Source: Eledone cirrhosa (taxonomy: Eukaryota). From it: a stretch of 64,000 nucleotides of DNA. The notes beneath the pieces were generated by a model. That model was not told the origin of the DNA and ran no database searches. It worked only from the letters and a program-made list of their open reading frames with translations. The stretch lies in NCBI GenBank assembly GCA_964016885.1, contig OZ024745.1, positions 107,818,001 through 107,882,000 on the forward strand. The letters are read 5' to 3'. Position 1 is the stretch's first letter, and the number at the start of each line of letters is the position of its first letter. The position numbers and the translations under genes were made by a program. Of this stretch, positions 58,027-64,000 are shown one piece after another.

Positions 58027-59864
58027 TAATTGCCTTATGTTGTTTATTACATAACTATTAAGCTCTGTAACCTACATAGAGCACTCTTTTTTCCTGGACC
58101 TTTCCGACTGAATTACTTCATTTATATATATATATAGCACATAATATGAAGGAAAAAGTACATACTTAAAGTGGAAAAGGCATTATTTTCCTAACGGTAC
58201 CGTTTCAATGTTCGTAAGCCTAAGCAAAAATCGATCTTATTGACCACATAACTAGTGGAATGTGACTTTCTCTCAAGAAACAAAAGAAGAGTCACCCCAA
58301 TCTAATGATACGAAATGCGAGTGATAAATGATGACGAAAGTGATGTGAACATTCATAATTTCTGTCCGACATTTCAGGGTAGCCCCCTCTCGGTTCTTTT
58401 CTAGGTAAGATTAACAACTCTGAATGCAACATCGTCCGAGTTCCTACCCACTTTGAGGTCCTCGAATAAGCCATGTGATCAGGTCTTCTTGTTCGTTAAA
58501 TGACTGCGTTAAAGACATCTCTAGAGCTAACTTTAAAGATTTGTTTTTTGTTGTTTTTTTTTTGCGATTGTTTGTTAGATTTTTGTTTTTCTGTTTTGTT
58601 TCAGTGTTTTGTGTGCTTGTTTTCGTTGTTTTTTTTTTTGTTGCTTTATGTTTGTATTTTTGATGTTGTTTATTTGGGGTGGGGGGCGTATGTGTTTTTC
58701 TTAATCACATCTAAATCTGACGTGAGTTGTTTTATAGTTTTGAAAATCAATATTGGATAAAAAGTTCCAGTGTTTGCTTGAAATGCTCGATTCTTCAAAT
58801 ATACAATGACTTGGCCTGTATCCTTCACAAATGTTGTAAGACGAGAGTAAAAGGAAAAAACACAGGTAAGAGAAGATTCGTGCGGAAAGGGAAGAAGAAA
58901 GGGAGAAAAACATTAAGAATGAGCATCAAAGAAAGATTTGTAAAAAAAAAAAAAAAAAATCAAAAGATCTACGTCAAAAATACATAGAACTGAGCCATTC
59001 CATTCGTAGAAAAGAGAATTATTTGATTAACAATAAAAGCTGATGAAATGAGACTAGGAGAAAAACGTTGATGTGATAGTGAGGTAAATGAGAATGCAGA
59101 GGAAAATGAAGAAGCACAATGTTGGACATGTTTGCCGGCTGTGTTGTTGTTGGAGTTACCGAAGGATTGGTCATAAATTTTCTGGAGGTGGGTCTTCCGT
59201 CAGTTTCGACAATGAGCATTCAGTTTATGATCAACTGGACGTATTACTAGTCAAATTGATATCTAGGTGGCAGAATATTTTATAGACACATATACACTTA
59301 AGATAGTTCAGTATGAGAAAAATATGTGACATGGGTAGACTTTTGAATTTCCAATACAGACCATCCGACGGTCTTCCACACGGTATCCATAACAAGGCGA
59401 ATGTTGAACCGAGACTACAGGAAAACACACTTGAAGAAGATATCATTAAGTAGAATCGAACGCATGACGATATAACTACGAAACAAACTTCGTAAAGACT
59501 CGTCAAACTTCGTAATGCCTATGTCAACTGCTTTTGTTGGTAACCATGAAATTAAACGTTATGATGCTGAACATTGTTGAATATTTTACAATACTTACCT
59601 TTGTTGTTTATGTGGAATGCTTTCTAATTAAAGCAAATAATTTATTGTTGATATATGTTATATACAACAGGCTTCTGAACATACTCCATCAACTAAATTC
59701 CGCTCACAAGGTATTAATCAAATCAAGGGAATAGTAGAATGCACTCGTTCAAGGAGCTAAACAGTCGGATCGAACCCGGAACCACGCGATTACTATGCGA
59801 TGTTTCTAACCACGCAGTCATCCCTGAACCTATAAATAGACACATGCATGCACGCAGGCACACT

Positions 59865-59900
<36 letters not shown>

Positions 59901-60018
59901 CAGGGTGCCCCCCCCCCCCGCCCCCAAAAAAGAAAAATGTATACAGACTTTGAATACCTGTACAGGCAATATTTATTAGAATGGTGTTGAAGCCTGTATA
60001 CATTTTTGGGACACCCTG
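59901..60018. mobile_element. Tc1/mariner-type MITE
   Basis: TA-CAGGGTG..AAAAATGTATACAG / CTGTATACATTTTTGGGACACCCTG-TA terminal inverted repeats with TA flanks. Confidence 0.8.
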
Positions 60019-60073
60019 TAAATATATATATATATATATATATAAAAAATATATAAATATATATATATATAAT

Positions 60074-60123
<50 letters not shown>

Positions 60124-60141
60124 AAGAGAGTGAGAGAGAGC

Positions 60142-60270
<129 letters not shown>

Positions 60271-60290
60271 TGAGAGAGAGCGAGATATAG

Positions 60291-60331
<41 letters not shown>

Positions 60332-60818
60332 CTGATAAGGAAAAGTAGGCGGTAACGAAATCAAAACAAAAGAGAAGAGGAAAAATACAGTGAGGACAAA
60401 GTTTCTGGAGGTGATGAAATTTTTAAGGAAATATGTTTTGCTTGATAGACAAAAGAGCGCACCTGTCAAATAACATTCAACCGGAAGTCCTGGCCGGAAG
60501 TCTGAAAAAAAAGACATTAGTGAATGTAAGAGAGCGTGAGAGTTCTTGAGAGGTGGTGAAGAAGGTAGGACTATATATATTGATAAATATGCTAGATTGT
60601 CAGATAGGTGGAGACTAGGTTCATTTTGTTGTCATTCACTCATACATCATTTTATCTCTCTCTTCCTCGTCTTATTTTAGTTATTTGTTTCTTTCGCATA
60701 CACACACACACACACACATATATATATAACCACACTCATACACTTTCTCTCTCTCTCTCTCTCTCTATCTCTATCTCTATCTCTCTCTCTATATATATAT
60801 ATAATCTTTCCCTCTCGT

Positions 60819-60851
<33 letters not shown>

Positions 60852-60864
60852 ATCTATCTCTCTG

Positions 60865-60900
<36 letters not shown>

Positions 60901-60941
60901 ATCTTTCCCTCTCGTTCTCTCTCTCTCTATCTATCTATCTA

Positions 60942-60975
<34 letters not shown>

Positions 60976-61354
60976 ATCTTTCCCTCTCATTCTCTCTCTC
61001 CCTCTCTCTCTCTCTATATATATATATAATCTTTCCCTCTCATTCTCTCTCTCCCTCTCTCTCTCTCTCCCTCCCTCTCTCTATCTCTCTCTCTCTTTCA
61101 CTCTTGCTTTAAATCATTAACACATTCACTCTTCTCTTTTCCTTTCTTATTTTCTTTTTACAAACACACCATCTCTCTCTCTCTCTATCTACATCTCTCT
61201 CACTCCTTCTTGCTCTTACCATACCTTTTCTCTACCTCTCTCTATGTCTCTCTCTATATCTATCTATCTGTATATATTCTCGCTCCAAAATTCTTTTTTA
61301 TTCTTTCTCTCTATATATATATATATATATCTGTATATATTCTCGCTCCAAAAT

Positions 61355-61413
<59 letters not shown>

Positions 61414-61727
61414 TCGCTCCAAAAGTCTTTTTTATTCTTTCACCATTTGTCTCACTAGCTTTCTTCCCCCTCCCTCTCTCGCTCTCTTACTCTCTCTCTC
61501 TCTCTTACTATCATCCTCTCTCTCCATCTTTCCAACACCCTTTTCTCTCTTTCATCTCTGCCTCGTTCTCCCAAACATTCTCTCTCTTTATTTTCATCAC
61601 TCTTTACCACCTCTCTCTCTCTCTCTCTCCTCACTTTCTTGTTCTTTATCTTACACACATAAATATTATCTTTCTTTATTTTTTTCTTATTTTTCTCTCT
61701 CATACATATACGCACTTTCTATCTCTT

Positions 61728-61760
<33 letters not shown>

Positions 61761-61827
61761 CTTTCTATCTCTGTCTTGTATACATAAATAATATCTTTCT
61801 CTATGTTTCTTTATATACATACACACA

Positions 61828-61920
<93 letters not shown>

Positions 61921-62189
61921 ATACCCTTTCTTTCACTTACAATACGTTGTGGGTGGATAGCAAAGGGTGTGCTTAATCACTCCGCTCAACTCTACACATC
62001 TGAATAATCTTGAGGAGACTTTAGTTTGGAGGCAAACGCCACGCAACAAGCTAGAGAGATGAGACAAAGGAAGCTGAATTGTTTCTGATATTTTTAGCAA
62101 AAGGTTACCCCTTATTGAGCAGACCTATAATGGTCTCTGATTTAGGCATAAGACCAACATTTTTTTTTTTTTGCGCGCGCGCGGATCAA

Positions 62190-62330
62190 TTAAATCGACC
62201 CAGTTCGCTACTGGTACGTTATTTCATCGACCCCGTAAGGATGAAAGGCAAAGCTAACCTCGACAGAATTTGAACACAGATCGTAAAGGGTCGTAACTAT
62301 ATGCCACAAGGTATGTTGTCTGACGATCAT
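62190..62330 (-). mobile_element. Degenerate SINE A
   Basis: ATCGACCCCGTAAGGATGAAAGGCAAAG core on the plus strand. Confidence 0.7.
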
Positions 62331-62386
62331 GCAGAAGAATTCAGTTTATTTGAATCTTCCATCATTTTATTGGTTACTTTTTTACT

Positions 62387-62442
62387 GCTTTATATATTTC
62401 GATCATATCTTTTATGTAATAGATATGACCTCATCAGACAGC
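62387..62442 (-). ncRNA. Hammerhead ribozyme
   Basis: Minus strand: GCTGT CTGATGA GGTCATATC..GATATGATC GAAA TATA TA AAGC. 9-bp stem II, with one bulge in stem I. Confidence 0.7.
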
Positions 62443-62637
62443 TATTGCGTAATCATTTATTTAATGCGTGATGTGTCCTATGTATGTTTTGATGTTATTT
62501 GTCTATGACGTGGTATATACATATATATATATATACATATATAAGGTTATATCTATATACATACAGAGCGTGTAGCAGTAGCTTCAACACTGTATATATA
62601 AATATATAAACACGCACACACACATACACACACGCGC

Positions 62638-63599
<962 letters not shown>

Positions 63600-63672
63600 T
63601 AGTTAATAAAGGAAACAAAACAAGACAAACAATACAGTTATATTAGGTTCACGTTTGTAGGAAATGGAGAAG

Positions 63673-63710
63673 GGTTTAACGTTTCGGACAGAAGTCCTTC
63701 ATCAGGAAAG
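63673..63710 (-). ncRNA. Minimal hammerhead core
   Basis: Minus strand: CTGATGA A GGAC-TTCT-GTCC GAAA CGT TA. Stem I is weak. Confidence 0.55.
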
Positions 63711-64000
63711 TTTGGGTGAGGAGAGAACAGGTAGATGTACGTACGAAAGTAGGCTGTGAAAGTAAAGGAATAATTATATGTATATTTATATATGTATATA
63801 TATATATAGGAGGAGGTTATAGTTCACTTGAAGCATTGTGTAATGAGGTATAAACGTTTGTATATGTATAATAAACGTTTGTATATGTATAATAAAGCCA
63901 AAACAATGCAGGTATGGACATAGAATAAAGAATGCAAATGCAAACGATATTGTTGACAATTAGTCTTTTACCTTAGATTTATTTAAATATCCTTAATTTT

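Larger units (their letters stand above)
57809..58122. mobile_element. 250-bp spacerless palindrome (57809-58058) plus one-sided tail, between (TA)n tracts
   Basis: Centre GGATTTT|AAAATCC at 57933/57934. The arms are nearly identical. Confidence 0.9.

Noticed and set aside
59040-59075. CTGATGA..GAAA motif (also at 48507 and inside LINE ORFs at 34852 and 47163)
   Set aside because: No convincing stem I or stem II pairing, so likely chance matches.

Overview
AT-rich, microsatellite-saturated eukaryotic DNA with no confidently identifiable host gene. The repeat landscape is typical of a mollusc, most likely an octopus-type cephalopod (inference). Almost all long ORFs in the track are translations of (TA)n, (CA)n, (TC)n or (ATGT)n tracts. 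Real coding signal comes only from transposons: an intact L1/Tx1-type ORF1 (3-1838, minus), a decayed Tx1 ORF2, two R4/Dong-like RLE LINE pieces, and CRE, RTE, Penelope-like, mariner and Chapaev-like remnants. The window also holds Helitron-type non-autonomous elements and several SINE families. The most notable signal is non-coding. At least 15 well-formed and about 8 decayed minimal hammerhead ribozyme motifs lie in short, often fold-back or tandem elements, mostly inserted in (TA)n tracts. They resemble Penelope-like pseudo-LTR or retrozyme-type elements and include a recurrent CCGANGA core variant and stem II covariation. Retroelement clades appear to partition different microsatellites: Tx1 at (GATA)n, R4-like and RTE-derived elements at (TACA)n, and hammerhead elements at (TA)n. 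All calls are by eye, and coordinates may be off by a few bases.
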